A stretch of 64,000 nucleotides of DNA from Paraspadella gotoi (lineage: Eukaryota > Animalia > Chaetognatha), in NCBI GenBank assembly GCA_051294375.1, contig CM119265.1:29361751-29425750 (forward strand), written 5' to 3'. A program made the position numbers and the translations under genes. Positions 1 to 13,305 of the stretch are shown here, piece after piece. The notes beneath the pieces were generated by a model. The model was not told the origin of the DNA, searched no databases, and saw nothing but the letters and a program-made list of their open reading frames with translations. The stretch's first letter is position 1, and each line of letters opens with the position of its first letter.

Positions 1-1379
1 AGCAGTGGCGTGGCCACGTCAACCTCTGGTGCACCTCTCTCTCTACTTCTCTCGTCTCTCTCCTGTCGCCTAACCTGGTCGACTCTTCTCCGACTTGACT
101 CTCGCGTCTCAATTACTTTCGTCTCGTTCTCGTGCTCTCTCGTCGTGCTTTCTCTCGTCTCATAACAGCAGCCTGATACAGTGCTAGATAAAATTAGCGC
201 AGCCTCAGTGTTATTGCTTATCAGGAATATTCGTTCAAGACTGACCTTGTGATCATTATGTGCAGCTAAGGACAAGGAGATACGCAGAATCGGTTCGCTG
301 ACCAACAACCTCTTCTCGACGCGGTCCCTCATCGATGCGAACCGGATTAAGACCTGACCGTCCCGTCAGTCCTCGTGACCGAAATGAACGCCGCAGCCCC
401 GAGGGCCAATATAACATATTGATGTGAGCGAACCGTGAGGGTGAAACAGCCGCGGCTCTCGCGAGCCTCGTCGGTGCGAATAGCGGCGGGTGCGCTCGAA
501 GGAGGGGAAGCAAAGCTCTGATCGGAGAGCGAGAGAGGGAAAGGCAGCAGGAGATAAGCGGCCGCGCGACGGCGGATGAGAATGGGTAGAATGAGAACGA
601 CGTGTGAGAAAGAAGAGAAAGTAAGAAGCACCGAGAGAGACGCATGAGAGGAACGATGGATGGAGGCGTCGAGCGATAGGAGAGAGGAACGGAAGAACGT
701 TGGAAGCAGGACAGAGACGGAGACGGGGGGTCGTCGCTCTCTTGACGCGCCGATGAGTGCACGCTTCGGTCAAGATGTTTTGTCTATTGGGCCCGTGGGT
801 CGCGTGTTTTACTGCTGGGACGAGTTGCACTTTGATCCCACAGAGACCCCTCCAAGGTCCTTTCACTTTTTTCTCCGCTAAAATGAAATCGCTTAGATTT
901 TTAGTGACTCAAATAACCGGCCAGCACGATCACATCACGCGTCACTATTACACCACTCAACGGTTCGTACGGTTTGATTGGGCAATTGCCTGACCCCAAT
1001 CAACTAATTTACTGTTATTGGGAGATATTCGGAAAATAACTATTCTGGAAGATAAACAGTAATTAGCAACATAGAGGTATTTGCATAACACATATAGCGT
1101 CGATATGGGGTCTTGCGAGAATGGTTTACTGTTGCTTCTTTTTTTGTTTAAAATTCTTTTCACGTTTTATCGTTTATGGTTGTGTATAGAACGGGTAAAG
1201 GAGGGGTGAAAAGAAATTAAATATTTATAAGGAAAAGGAATAGGCGAGTTAAATTTCTTTCTATCTATCTATCTCCCAAAAATCAAATCAATTTCAAAAA
1301 TCGTTATCTTCTCTCTTCAATTTGAAAAACAAATTTCGTCAAACTTCGTTTTTATGAAAAACCTTTTTAAATTCCTTGG

Positions 1380-2075
1380 CCTTTGCATTCAGTCACCTAC
1401 ACATGCTTTTGCCTCCGAAATCTTTCGTCCTTTTCATTCTATCGCCTCTGTATTCTGTCACCTCTGTTTTACATTGCCTCTGCATTCTATAGCCACTGCA
1501 TTCCATTGCCTCTCCATTCTATCGCATCTGCATTCTATTGCATATACAATCTATCGCTTATGCTCTATCATATCAACATACAATCACCTCTGCATTCTAA
1601 TACCTCTGAATTATATGGCCTCTGCATTGTATAGCCTCTGCATTCTATTGCTTTGGTTTTATGTATATCACCCCTAAATTCCATTGTGTCCGCATTCTAT
1701 TGCCTTATCATTCTATGACCTCTTTTTATTATATCGCGTTTGCAATCTATCGCCCTTACATTCTATGGCCTTTGCATTCTATCACTCTTACATTCTATGG
1801 CTTTTGCTCTCTATCACCCAACTTTCTATGGCCTTTTCCATCTATTGCCCTTAAATTCTATGGCTTTTACATTCTATCACCCTACATTCTATGACTTTTG
1901 CATTCTATCACTCTTACATTATATGGCCTTTGCATTCTATCAACCTACATTCTATGGCTTTTGCATTCTATCACCCTTACATTCTATGGCCTTTGCATTC
2001 TATCACCCTTACATTCTATGGCTTTTGCATTCTATCACCCTTACATTCTATGGCCTTTGCATTCTATCACCTCCG
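1380..2075. repeat. Minisatellite with ~32-bp unit (CATTCTATCACCCTTACATTCTATGGCCTTTG) built from two 16-bp subunits
   Basis: Near-perfect copies at 1745-2070 and degenerate copies to the left. Confidence 0.9.
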
Positions 2076-2203
2076 CATGATTTCACTTTCACATTTGAAA
2101 TCACCGTCACTTTCCTTTTCCTTCAAATTCTCAATCACTTTTGCTTTGTGATTCAATTTCCCTTCGCTTCTTTATTCGAACTGTGAATCCAGTGAATCCA
2201 TTC

Positions 2204-2204
<1 letters not shown>

Positions 2205-2292
<88 letters not shown>

Positions 2293-2846
2293 ACCCTCCC
2301 TCTTGTCTCTGTCCTAGATGTAAATCGCGCGGTTCGGAATCCATTGTTTTCGAAATTCATTTGCAAAGCGGCTCATTTGCTTCGTTGTCGTCGTCGTCGT
2401 CGTTGTCGTCGTCTTTGTCATCGTCGTCGTCGTCATCCTTGGCTTTGTCTTCTTCGTCATCATTTATGTCATTATTATGTAATTATCATTATCATCGTTA
2501 TGACTTACTAAAACCTTTTTTAAAGTCATCGTCATCATCTTCATCATCATTTACAAAAAACGGTTATCATGATAAACTAATTCATTAATATAATCATTAA
2601 GATCATCATCATCATTGAAACTAGGTCGTCATCATCATTATCATCTTCATCATCATTATCATCTTCATTATTACCGTTAAAATATTGATCTTTATCATTA
2701 TTGTCATCATCAGCATAATCATCATCATTATCATCATCCTCATCATCATCATCATCATCATCGGCATAGTCTCATCGTTGACGCCCGGTGGAGGAGGCAA
2801 AGAGAATTCTGGACCTTTTTTGCATTGAAGGAATTGCTGACTCGCA

Positions 2847-2900
<54 letters not shown>
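2205..2900. repeat. Microsatellite cluster: (CT)n, (TCG)n, (ATC)n
   Basis: Directly visible. Similar (AG/CT)n tracts recur throughout the window. Confidence 0.95.
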
Positions 2901-2905
<5 letters not shown>

Positions 2906-3157
2906 ACAAAGAAAAAAAGCAAAAGGCTTAAAAAAATGGAAAGGGGCGAATGATCCGATTTGCAATAGACTCACGAATGAAGGATGCAAGAGAAGGAGAG
3001 TGGGAAATGGGCGACTGGAAAGTGGGTGAATGGAAAATGGGCGACTGGAAAATAAGCTACTGGAAATAGCTGATTAGAAAATAGGCAACTGGAAAATTGG
3101 CGACTTGCAAATGAACGACGAAAAGTGGATGAATGGAAATGGGCAACTGGAGGGCAT

Positions 3158-4187
3158 GAGGGTTTGCCACTACCCCAAGGCGGCTTACGGCCGTCCTCAC
3201 TCCTCCCGCAGGGTAGGTACCGGGTTGGGATTGAACCCGGTNNNNNNNNNNNNNNNNNNNNNNNNNNNNNNNNNNNNNNNNNNNNNNNNNNNNNNNNNNN
3301 NNNNNNNNNNNNNNNNNNNNNNNNNNNNNNNNNNNNNNNNNNNNNNNNNNNNNNNNNNNNNNNNNNNNNNNNNNNNNNNNNNNNNNNNNNNNNNNNNNNN
3401 NNNNNNNNNNNNNNNNNNNNNNNNNNNNNNNNNNNNNNNNNNNNNNNNNNNNNNNNNNNNNNNNNNNNNNNNNNNNNNNNNNNNNNNNNNNNNNNNNNNN
3501 NNNNNNNNNNNNNNNNNNNNNNNNNNNNNNNNNNNNNNNNNNNNNNNNNNNNNNNNNNNNNNNNNNNNNNNNNNNNNNNNNNNNNNNNNNNNNNNNNNNN
3601 NNNNNNNNNNNNNNNNNNNNNNNNNNNNNNNNNNNNNNNNNNNNNNNNNNNNNNNNNNNNNNNNNNNNNNNNNNNNNNNNNNNNNNNNNNNNNNNNNNNN
3701 NNNNNNNNNNNNNNNNNNNNNNNNNNNNNNNNNNNNNNNNNNNNNNNNNNNNNNNNNNNNNNNNNNNNNNNNNNNNNNNNNNNNNNNNNNNNNNNNNNNN
3801 NNNNNNNNNNNNNNNNNNNNNNNNNNNNNNNNNNNNNNNNNNNNNNNNNNNNNNNNNNNNNNNNNNNNNNNNNNNNNNNNNNNNNNNNNNNNNNNNNNNN
3901 NNNNNNNNNNNNNNNNNNNNNNNNNNNNNNNNNNNNNNNNNNNNNNNNNNNNNNNNNNNNNNNNNNNNNNNNNNNNNNNNNNNNNNNNNNNNNNNNNNNN
4001 NNNNNNNNNNNNNNNNNNNNNNNNNNNNNNNNNNNNNNNNNNNNNNNNNNNNNNNNNNNNNNNNNNNNNNNNNNNNNNNNNNNNNNNNNNNNNNNNNNNN
4101 NNNNNNNNNNNNNNNNNNNNNNNNNNNNNNNNNNNNNNNNNNNNNNNNNNNNNNNNGGCTTTACTCAATGAGCCACCGGGTCACAAC
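3158..4187 (-). mobile_element. tRNA-derived SINE head, split by an N gap
   Basis: The reverse complement reads gttgtgacccggtggctcattgagtaaagcc [gap] accgggttcaatcccaacccggt, with A-box-like TGGCTCATTGAG and B-box-like GGTTCAATCC. A second copy is at 47405. Confidence 0.7.
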
Positions 4188-4835
4188 TGAAAGAGGCTTG
4201 CTTATAGGCGGGGTGAACCTAGGCAATTCCCGACTACAGTTCTGCAAAAATTAAAAAAAAATTGTTCTAATAATAATGTATCAATAAATAAATATAACAT
4301 GAATTAATGAATAATTCCTGGAATGTTGTTGAATAGAAACAGAAATAGCTTCCTTTTCAACTGAAGAGTCGTTTTCATTTGAAGACATTTTCCTTGAATT
4401 CTTAAAATCATTTAAATCCTCTGTAGATGTCACCAAACAGTCTTCTCACTGGCTTTCTACTCTCTTATTTTTAGTTGCAATGCAGCGCTTTTCAAAGATA
4501 TACGGAAATATACGGGATAAGAAAGTCACTGCGGCAAAACACTCATTGGAATTTCCTTTCTTTTTTTATTCTTTAACTTCTTATCTCTCAGATTCCATCC
4601 TTTACCCCTAATTTCTTTCATTCCTCTGCTCCTCCCTTACTCCTTACTCTTTCACAAACTCGAATTGAAGATTTTTTTCAAAATTTGAATCTCCGCCCAC
4701 AAATACCGCCCACAACCTCTCTCTCTCTCTCTCNNNNNNNNNNTCTTTACTTTCTCTCTCTCATAAAATATTCTTTTGTTTATCACTAACCCTAGTAAAT
4801 ACTAACCTATCCCTCTCCCTTTTGTTTCCTCACAG

Positions 4836-4979
4836 AGAATGGCCGGAATACAACGTGACATGCGATGTTCACGCAAATCCAACTCCTCCACTTAAAAACA
4901 TGAGTTGGAGCATAAGACATGGAGAGAGAACTCACTTCAGAGGTCAACCTTTCTCTCTTGACAACGGTGATTCGTACGG
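4836..4979 (+). CDS. Internal exon A of a spliced Ig-superfamily type I membrane protein gene (Ig-like domain 1, strands B-C)
   Basis: Polypyrimidine tract plus cacag acceptor (ends 4835) and gtgagt donor (4980). 144 nt, phase 2/2, open: EWPEYNVTCDVHANPTPPLKNMSWSIRHGERTHFRGQPFSLDNGDSYG. The VTC-x3-ANP...W pattern is typical of Ig I-set/C2 B and C strands. Confidence 0.85.
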
Positions 4980-5107
4980 GTGAGTATTATTTGAAAATTG
5001 GAGGAAAAATAAGGATCATTGGGAACATTTTTGTTTTTTCTTCTTCAAATTGAAAAAAGAAATTATTTCATGGCACCAGGCATCGCATCAAACTACATGG
5101 AGCAGCA

Positions 5108-5181
<74 letters not shown>

Positions 5182-5296
5182 AAGGGATCCCATAGAACAC
5201 CATAGAGCAGCTCCGAGGCCCGAGATGCGCCACGGTGCAACAAGAACCCCTTGAGACTAACTTCTCTCTTATCTCTACCGTTTTTCCCTTTGAGCG

Positions 5297-5416
<120 letters not shown>

Positions 5417-5483
5417 CTCTCTCTCACTCTTTATTTCCTATTTTCTTTTTTACATTATTTTTTTACCTTGACTTTCCTTTTAT

Positions 5484-5538
<55 letters not shown>

Positions 5539-7228
5539 TCACTTTTGGACAAACTATAGAAAGTGCGATTTCGCTGATTAGAAAAGAGAAGAATTTCCTC
5601 TTACAATCAGAGTTTGACCTCAGACTCACGATTCTGTCAGACCTTTTTCTCACAGCCTCACTTTAACCTCAGCGACGCCTCCCAAAGACACTTTTAAAAC
5701 ATCTTTAGAAACTTCGTAAGAAACATCAGAATTGAAACATTGAAAAATCTTAAACATCCCTTTATTTTTCCTTGTTTCCTTTCCTTCTCCAACCTATCTC
5801 CCCCTCTTCTTTCTCTTTCCTCCCTTTCCTTTCTTTTTCCTCCCTTTCCTTTCTCTTTCTTCCCTTTGCTTTCTCTTTTCTCCCTTTCCTTTCTCTTTCC
5901 TTCCTTTTATTTCTCTTTCCTACCTTTTTTTTCTTTACTCCCTTTTCTTTCTCTTTCCTTTCTTTCCTTTCTCTTTTTTCCCTTTCCTTTCTCTTTTTTC
6001 CCTTTCCTTTCTCTTTTTTCCCTTCCTTTCTTTTTCCTCCTTTTCCGTTCTCTTTCCCAAGTATACCGTCAGAATAAAAGCCTTCCCTCTGTCGAGTGAC
6101 TTGGGGCGACGCCGGGGGGTCATACCGAGGGATTGCCTCTGGGAGTGGGCAAAAACTATATATGTACCGAGGTGTGCTCCCAAGGGGGATAGTTTTTTTT
6201 AGCCTCTTGGCAGATCCCCTTGGGGTGCAAAAAAATGCCTTCCCAAGGGGTCACCTCTTGGCATGAGAAAATTTTTACCGCTTGGGGTGGTCTTCCTATT
6301 GCAGCAAACGTTTCTTTCCTCCCTTTCCTTTCTCTTTTCTTCCTTTCCTTTTTTTTTCCTCCCTTTCCTTTCTCTTTCCTCACTTTCCTTTTTCTTTGAT
6401 CCCTCTCCTTTCTAATTCTTTCCTTTTCTCTTCTCTTTCCTGCCTTTCCTTTCTCTATTCTCATTTTCCTTTCTCTTTCTTTCCTTTCCTTCTTCTTTCC
6501 TCCCTTTCCTTTCATTTTCCTCCCTTTTTTCTTTTCTCTCTTTTCTTTTTTTTTCTCCATTTTCTTTTTTTTTCCTCCCTTTCCTTTTTATTTTTTAACT
6601 TTTCTCGTTCATTTCCTCCCTTTCCTTTCACTTTCCTCCTTTCCTTTTTCTTTCCTCATTTTCCTTTCTCTTTTTTTCCTTTTCATTTTCTTTCCTCTCT
6701 TTCCTTTCTATTTCTTTCATTTTTTTTTCTCTTTCCTCCCTTTCCTTTCACTTTCCTCCCTTTCCTTTTTTATTTTCTCCACTTCCTTTTTCTTTCCTCT
6801 CTTTTTTTCTATTTCTTTCCTTTCCTCCTCTCTTTAAACTCAACCTGGTGGAAAAAGAAAAATCATTCGTCATTACGTTTTTACCAAAACACCTCATTTA
6901 AATAAAGCGCCCATTTCTTGGTGGCGCGGTTGTCGTCGTCGTCTTCGTCGTCATCATCGTCGTCAAAACTCCATCTACGAAAGGCCAAACGAATAGGATT
7001 GGTTCTCGCAGCCGTAAATGCGCTCAGCCTTCTTAATGGATGCAATCAGCAGACAAACAGGAGAGCAGTCGGAAAGAGAGGTTGCGCTCAGCTGAGGTCT
7101 TACCTTGCAAGCAATGCAATGCAATTGTTCATTAAATATACATCTAACATTATGTTTTTCTCGAGTCCTTTTCTTTTCTAATCCTCTTGTACCTCTCTTT
7201 TTTCCCCTCCCTCTCTTTTTTTCCACAG

Positions 7229-7424
7229 TGACTACCCTCGATCTTTCAACCCCGTTCATACTCCACGACATCCTCACTCCTCCTCCTCCTCCTCCTCCTC
7301 CTCCTCCTCATTCAACGACAAACAAATGAAATTGCGGCGAATTACATCCGGGTTTCAAATCATCATCCCGATCGGGAAGGACGAACTCACGATGGAAAAC
7401 CCTGTGGCTACAGTCACTCTAATG
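7229..7424 (+). CDS. Exon B of the same gene (poly-Ser loop and rest of Ig-like domain 1)
   Basis: ttttttccacag acceptor and gtgagt donor at 7425. The phase 2 start matches exon A. Open: DYPRSFNPVHTPRHPH(S)11FNDKQMKLRRITSGFQIIIPIGKDELTMENPVATVTLM. Ends in phase 0. Confidence 0.8.
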
Positions 7425-7780
7425 GTGAGTCTCTTTTTTTTGCTTATTTGTCCTTTTTATTGTGACTTTGTCTTTGTTTCTTGGGAGATTGTCCTTGTGA
7501 CGTTGCTTTGTCCTTAATTTCATTTGCATTTTGGTTGTTATTAGAAACATTTTATTTACTTTTTTAATCTAATTTTAGACATTTTATTTATTATTTCTTT
7601 TTTTCTTTCTTTCTTTATTTTTTTAATCTTATTTTATTAAATTTTATAATAAACATTTTATTAAATTTAGTTTCTTTTTTGTATTTTTCACAGTACAGTT
7701 TATTTCCTTCTTTTTTGTCACTTGTGAAAACGACAATACTTTATATTCCAATCTCGTTTTTATTCATTCCAATGCATCTC

Positions 7781-7813
<33 letters not shown>

Positions 7814-7918
7814 TCTCTGTGTCTCATCTCTCTCTTTTCTCACTCAATAAAAAAGAAAGAGGTTGAGTCAAAAGTCATAAGTATTGAGGAGAGATGAGAA
7901 GATATTGACTTGAAATGA

Positions 7919-7957
<39 letters not shown>

Positions 7958-8308
7958 CTCTCTCGCCTCTTTTCATTTCTTCCTAATCTTTCCAATTTTT
8001 TTCTTTTTATTTCTTTCTTTTTCTCCTTTTCTTTCAATATCATCATGTCCTTTTTTTCTTCTTTTACAATCTCCTTTTCTCTCTTTTTTCAATATCTCCA
8101 TTTTTTACCTTTCTTATTAGTGGCCTTTTATTACTTAAGGTTTTAAAATAAAAAGGAATCGTATTTATAACATGCATTCTCAAGGAAGATTTAATAATAG
8201 TAGTAATTGTATTAGTTTAATCTCGTTAATGTTAGTTCGTCAAGGGAAAGAGAGTGAAGGGCAGAGAAGCGTTTCTTATTATCTTGTCGAAACGATTTGT
8301 TTCGTTGC

Positions 8309-8388
<80 letters not shown>

Positions 8389-9524
8389 CTTTAATAAGGC
8401 CTAATTATGTGGCCATTCCCTCCCCTCATCTTTCCTCAATATCTTTCCTACAGAAATGAGTCTCATTTAAACGTCTCACTCTCTCCTCTCCTCTCTCTCT
8501 CTCTCTCTCTCTGCTTAGCAGTTAATTTTTTATCCGTTTTTTATTTGTAAAGATAAAAAAAATGTTTTTGTTTATTTGAAATAACTAATGCTTTAGTTAA
8601 TTAATTAATATCGCAATAGCAATATATTCATAGTTCTTTAAAAAAAAATCTTAGTTTTTGTAAATCGCTTTAGCCATTTACTTACCCCCTGAAAATTTTT
8701 TTCTTCCATTTTTCCAATTTTGTTTTCCAATTTTTTTTTCCATTTTCTTTGTAACTTTTTCTACCTACTATATAGATTTGTCTCTTACTTTTTCTACTAT
8801 GAGCATTTTCCCTTTACTTTCTATAGAAATTTGCTCTTCTGTCTGCACCCACTAGATTTTCACTTGCATTGCTTTACACAAAATAGCAAATTTTTGATTG
8901 TTTTGGTCTTAATAAACCAGATGGCTCCACAAATAAAAGAGCGTTTTTAAAACAAAATAGCAATGAAATTTAGTTTTAGTATATCTTTTCTGAAACAAAA
9001 GAACAGTCTTATTAAATCTTCTTTGTATTTTCACCCTTTTTTACTAGAGGGCTTTACAAAACAGGAGGCCTTTTGTAAGACAAAGGAACATTCAAAAATT
9101 TTTATCTGCACCCACTAGATCTTCACTTGCACCTGCTCTTCAACAAAATAGCAAGTGTTTTTTTCGATTTTTTTATTGTAAATATTTTTTAAAAAAATTT
9201 TTTTTTATATTTTTGAAAAATATAAAAATATGCAAAATTACCTGTTTTACTATTTTCTTGTTGCTTGCATTGTCAATGGCCTTCTTTCGCTGCATGCGAC
9301 ATAATCTTAAAAGTATAATGATCTCGCCAGACCTTACTATCAAAAAAATTAATAAAAAGTATTATGATCTAATTTGCATATTGCAGTAAATCATGATTAA
9401 ATGGAAATTTAAACAAAAAAATATTTGAATCAATATTAAACGAAGAAAATGGACACACATTTTAACTTCCTTACTGCCTCACTAATGAAACTTGATAACT
9501 AGATAGTTGAAAGTTAAAAGAATG

Positions 9525-10485
9525 CTGCAAGTTGAAAAAATTATGCAAGTTGAAAAAATTATGCAAGTTAAAAAAAGTATGCAAGTTGAAAAAATTATGC
9601 AAGTTGAAAATATTATGCAATAGGGCGGAATAAAGTAAAAACTAAGAGTTCTGTAATATAAATAACATTAGAGCATCCCTGTGGGATGACGAAATTAAAA
9701 AAAATTAAGATTTTATATATAGTTATTAACATAGAAGTATTTAAAGTTTATTGTATTACTATAAATCATGAAAAATGTTTTTTTCAAAATCAGAATTTTT
9801 AAAAACGGATTCGGGTAGAGATTGCAAAAATAAATAAAAAATATTACTACAAGATTTCCATTTTTTTTGTTTTATTGCTTAAAATTAGCAAAAACTATAA
9901 AAATTATGGTACGATGATGATGATGATGATTTTAAAAAGTTTTTCCATTATTTGACCCACTTATCATCAAAATATTTAAAAACGCATTATACTTTGTGCA
10001 GACAACTTTTTATGGGCTATCTGAATCCGTTCTTAAAAAATAAAATTTTCAGAAAATTTTTTTTTATTGCCTATGCATTGATAAATATTTAAATGCTTTA
10101 ATGTTATACAGTGCTTCACGAGTTAAAAAAATGATATTAAATATTGATTAAGTATATGATGGACAAATTAATTTTATATTACAGAACTCTCAATTTTGGC
10201 CTGCCTTATTATGCAAGTTAAAAAAATTATGCAAGATAAAAAAAGTATACAAGTTAAAAAAATTATGCAAATTGAAAAAATTATGCAAGTTGAAAAAATT
10301 ATGCAAGATAAAAAAATTATGCAATTTGAAAAAATTATGCAAGTTAAAATAATGATACAAGTTGAAAAAACGATACAAGTTAAAAAAATGATGCAAGCTA
10401 AAAAAATAATGCAAGCTAAAAAATTGATACATGCTGAAAAATAATACAGGTTGAAAAAATGAAAAAGTTAAAAATGATGCAAATT
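9525..10485. repeat. 18-bp tandem repeat (ATGCAAGTTGAAAAAATT)n interrupted by a hAT-type MITE
   Basis: Arrays at 9525-9620 and 10209-10485. Confidence 0.9.
9621..10208. mobile_element. Non-autonomous hAT-type MITE, 588 bp
   Basis: Ends TAGGGCGG...CTGCCTTA with subterminal inverted gagttctgtaatata/tatattacagaactc. Flanked by 8-bp TTATGCAA (9613-9620, 10209-10216), which is also part of the host repeat unit. A related copy lies at 58655-59122. Confidence 0.75.
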
Positions 10486-10649
10486 TAAAAAAATATTATT
10501 ATTTTCGCAGTAACAGTTCAGTTTAAGACTTTGAAAGCGATTTACATGTATTGGCGCAGCCACTGGTTTATTTGATTCATTGAAAATTGAATGCGACATT
10601 TAAGGTTCATCAAGAATCTTTCCCCCATCGCTTATATTTTCCATCTCCC

Positions 10650-10890
10650 GACTGAATCTTCCTCTTTTTACTGAATCTTCCCCTTCCTTCTTAATTTTTT
10701 CCTTTCTCCTAATTTTTTCCTTCTGAATCTTCTCCTTTCTCTCTGAATCTTCCCCTCCCTCACCCTCTCTGAATCTTTCTCTTCCCCTCCATCTCCCTCT
10801 CTGAATCTTCCCCTCCCTCTCCCTGTCTGAATCTTCCCCTTCCACACCCTCTCTGAATCTTTCCCTTCGCCTCCCTCTCCCTGTCTGAAT
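10650..10890. repeat. Degenerate CTGAATCTTC-containing minisatellite
   Basis: ctgaatct recurs at roughly 20-30-bp spacing. Confidence 0.75.
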
Positions 10891-10974
10891 GTCCCTCGCA
10901 AACAGAACCACGAGTTGTTTTTCTTGACTTTTGACCTCAAAATCGATTTTTCACTCGTTTCTCAGGTTCGACCC

Positions 10975-11455
10975 TCTAGAGGCCGCCACGGTCCTCTCGA
11001 GGCCGCCGAAGTCCTTTAGAGACCGCCACGGTCCTCTAGAGGACGCCAAAGACCTTTAGAGGCCGCCAGGGTCCTCTCGAGCCTGCAACGGTCTTTTAGA
11101 GACAGCCACGGTTCCGAGGTCCTCTCGCGGTGACGAGGTCTTCTCGCGATGACGAGGTCCTCTCGCGGTGCCGTGGTCTTCTCATGGTGCCGAGGTCTTC
11201 TCCCGATGACGATGTCCTCTCGCGGTGCCAAGGTCTTCTCGCGGTGCCAAGGTCTTCTCCCGGTGCCGAGGTCTTCTCGCGATGATGAGGTCTTCTCACG
11301 GTGCCGAGGTCTTCTCGCAATGACGAGGTCCTCTTGCAGTGCCGAGGTCTTCTCGCGGTGCTGAGGTCTTCTCCCGGTTTCAAGGTCTTCTCGCGATTAC
11401 GAGGTCTTCTCCCGGTGCCGAGGTCTTCTCGCGATGACGAGGTCTTCTCGCGGTG
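10975..11455. repeat. Adjacent GC-rich minisatellites: 21-bp (CTCTAGAGGCCGCCACGGTCC-like) then 18-bp (GCCGAGGTCTTCTCGCGGT-like)
   Basis: Tandem units are directly visible and explain the ORFs at 11016-11383. Confidence 0.9.
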
Positions 11456-11699
11456 AAAAGGCTGTTTTCATGCATTCGAAAGTCGTTTTGACACAAAACC
11501 CGATTTGATTGGTGCAGTGGCGACGCGTGACGTAATATACGTGACATTAGGCGCTAAAAGTCACTTCATGACGTCAAATATATTATTTTTGAGACTCGTG
11601 ACGTCAATGGTTGCAGACTCTATTGACGTGTCGCAGTTGCAGCATTTACAGCATCTGAAGACGAAAGGGCTTAGACTTCAGCATTTACAGCAATTGAAT

Positions 11700-11848
11700 C
11701 CGCCCGACGCCGCCTAACGCCGCCCGATGCCGCCCAACGCCGCCCGACGCCGCCTGACGCAGCCCGACGCCGCCCGATGCCGCCCAACGCCGCCTGACGC
11801 CGCCCGACGCGGCCCGACGCCGCCCGACGCCGCCTAACGCAGCCCGAA
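11700..11848. repeat. 10-bp tandem repeat (GCCCGACGCC)n
   Basis: About 14 copies are visible. Confidence 0.9.
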
Positions 11849-12639
11849 ACTAACTTCGCCTGGCGATTAAGACGTCGCGATTTAAGGAAACGAGCAACAA
11901 AATACGAAACACACGATGGTAAACAACGTCAACTGTAACCATAGCAACGAAGATGACGACGACGACGACGACGACGCCCAGAATTCCGGCCTCGAATCTC
12001 CTCAACCGACGTCAAGAAATGAGTTTCGCAATTTGCAGTCGGTTACGGCGGCGGCGGCGGCGGCTGAGGCGGCTGAGGCGGCGGCGGCGCTTATTTCCCC
12101 CTTTTTACTTAGAGAAGCCACAGGTGAAGATTCTTATGGCTTTTCTCGGAAATGTTTGGCTGCAATTTTCGGGAACGCTCTCCCTCTCTCTCTGTCTCTC
12201 TCCTGCTTTCCCTATTTCAGTAAAATACTTATGTTAAACAATTAGTTACAAATAAATAAACAAATCCTGGAAAATTGTATTAAAATATTTCTCTCTCCTT
12301 TCTAATCTCTTTCCCTCTCTTCTCTAATCTCTCTCTCCCTCCTCTACAATCTCTCTTTACCTATTCTCTAATCTCTTTCCCCCGATTATTTCTTTCTTCC
12401 TCTTTTCTCATTGTGCTTCCACTCTTCTCTAATCTTTTTCCCTCTCTCCTCTAATCTATTTCCCTCTCTTCTCTTATCTCTCTCCCACTCTTCTCTAATC
12501 TCTTTCCCTCCTCCTTTCTCATCTTCTCTGCTCAAACTGAGTCAGGACTCCAGAGTCCATAACCCGTTTAGCGTCGGAGAGAAGAACCGCCTTTTTGCGT
12601 CGCGGGACTTTAAGAGTAAACAAGAGAAGAAAAAGAGGG

Positions 12640-13305
12640 GAAAGAGAGGAAGAGAGAGATGAGGGGAAAAGAGAAGAAAAGGAGGGGAAAGAGAGGAAAA
12701 GAGAGATGAGGGGAAAAGATAAGAAAAAAAGGGAAAGAGAGGAAGAGAGAGATTGAGGGGAAAAGAGAAGAAAAAGAGGGGAAAGAGAGGAAGAGAGAGA
12801 TGAGGGGAAAGAGAAGAAAAAAAGAAGAAATAGAGGAAAAGAGAGATGAGGGAAAAGAGAAGAAAAGAAGGGAAATAGAGGAAAAGAGAGATGAGGGGAA
12901 AAGAGAAGAAAAGGAGGGAAAGAGAGGGAAGAGAGAGATGAGGGGGAATAGAGAAGAAAAGGAGGGAAGAGAGGAAAAGAGAGATGAGGGAAAAAGAGAA
13001 GAAAAAAGAGGGGAAAGAGAGGAAGAGAGAGATGAGGGGAAAAGAGAAGAAAAGGAGGGGAAAATGAGGAGAGAGAGAGAGAGATGAGGGAAAAGAGAAG
13101 AAAAAGAAGGGAAATAGAATGGAAAAGAGAGATTAGGGAAAAAGAAGAAAAGAAGGAAATAGAGGAAAAGAGAGATGAGGGGAAAAGAGAAGAAAAAGAA
13201 GGGAATAGAGAAAAGAGAGATGAGGGGAAAAAGAGAAGAAAAGGAGGGGAAAGAGAGGAAAAGAGAAGGAGAGGAAAGAGAAGAAAAGGAAAGAAAAGAA
13301 GAGAG
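12640..13305. repeat. Purine-rich minisatellite with ~40-45-bp unit (GAGAGATGAGGGGAAAAGAGAAGAAAA...)
   Basis: The gagagatgagggga motif recurs at regular spacing. Confidence 0.85.

Noticed and set aside
1-960. GC-richer segment with overlapping ORFs (256-866)
   Set aside because: No recognisable motifs or splice-consistent exon. It resembles noise-corrupted (CT/GA)n sequence.
3105-4190. 300+ aa ORFs (also 29014-30172)
   Set aside because: They are open only because they run through N gaps.
11916-12245. ORF with poly-Asp and poly-Ala
   Set aside because: Explained by (GAC)n and (GCG)n repeats. It has no good acceptor, and exons B and C already join in phase.
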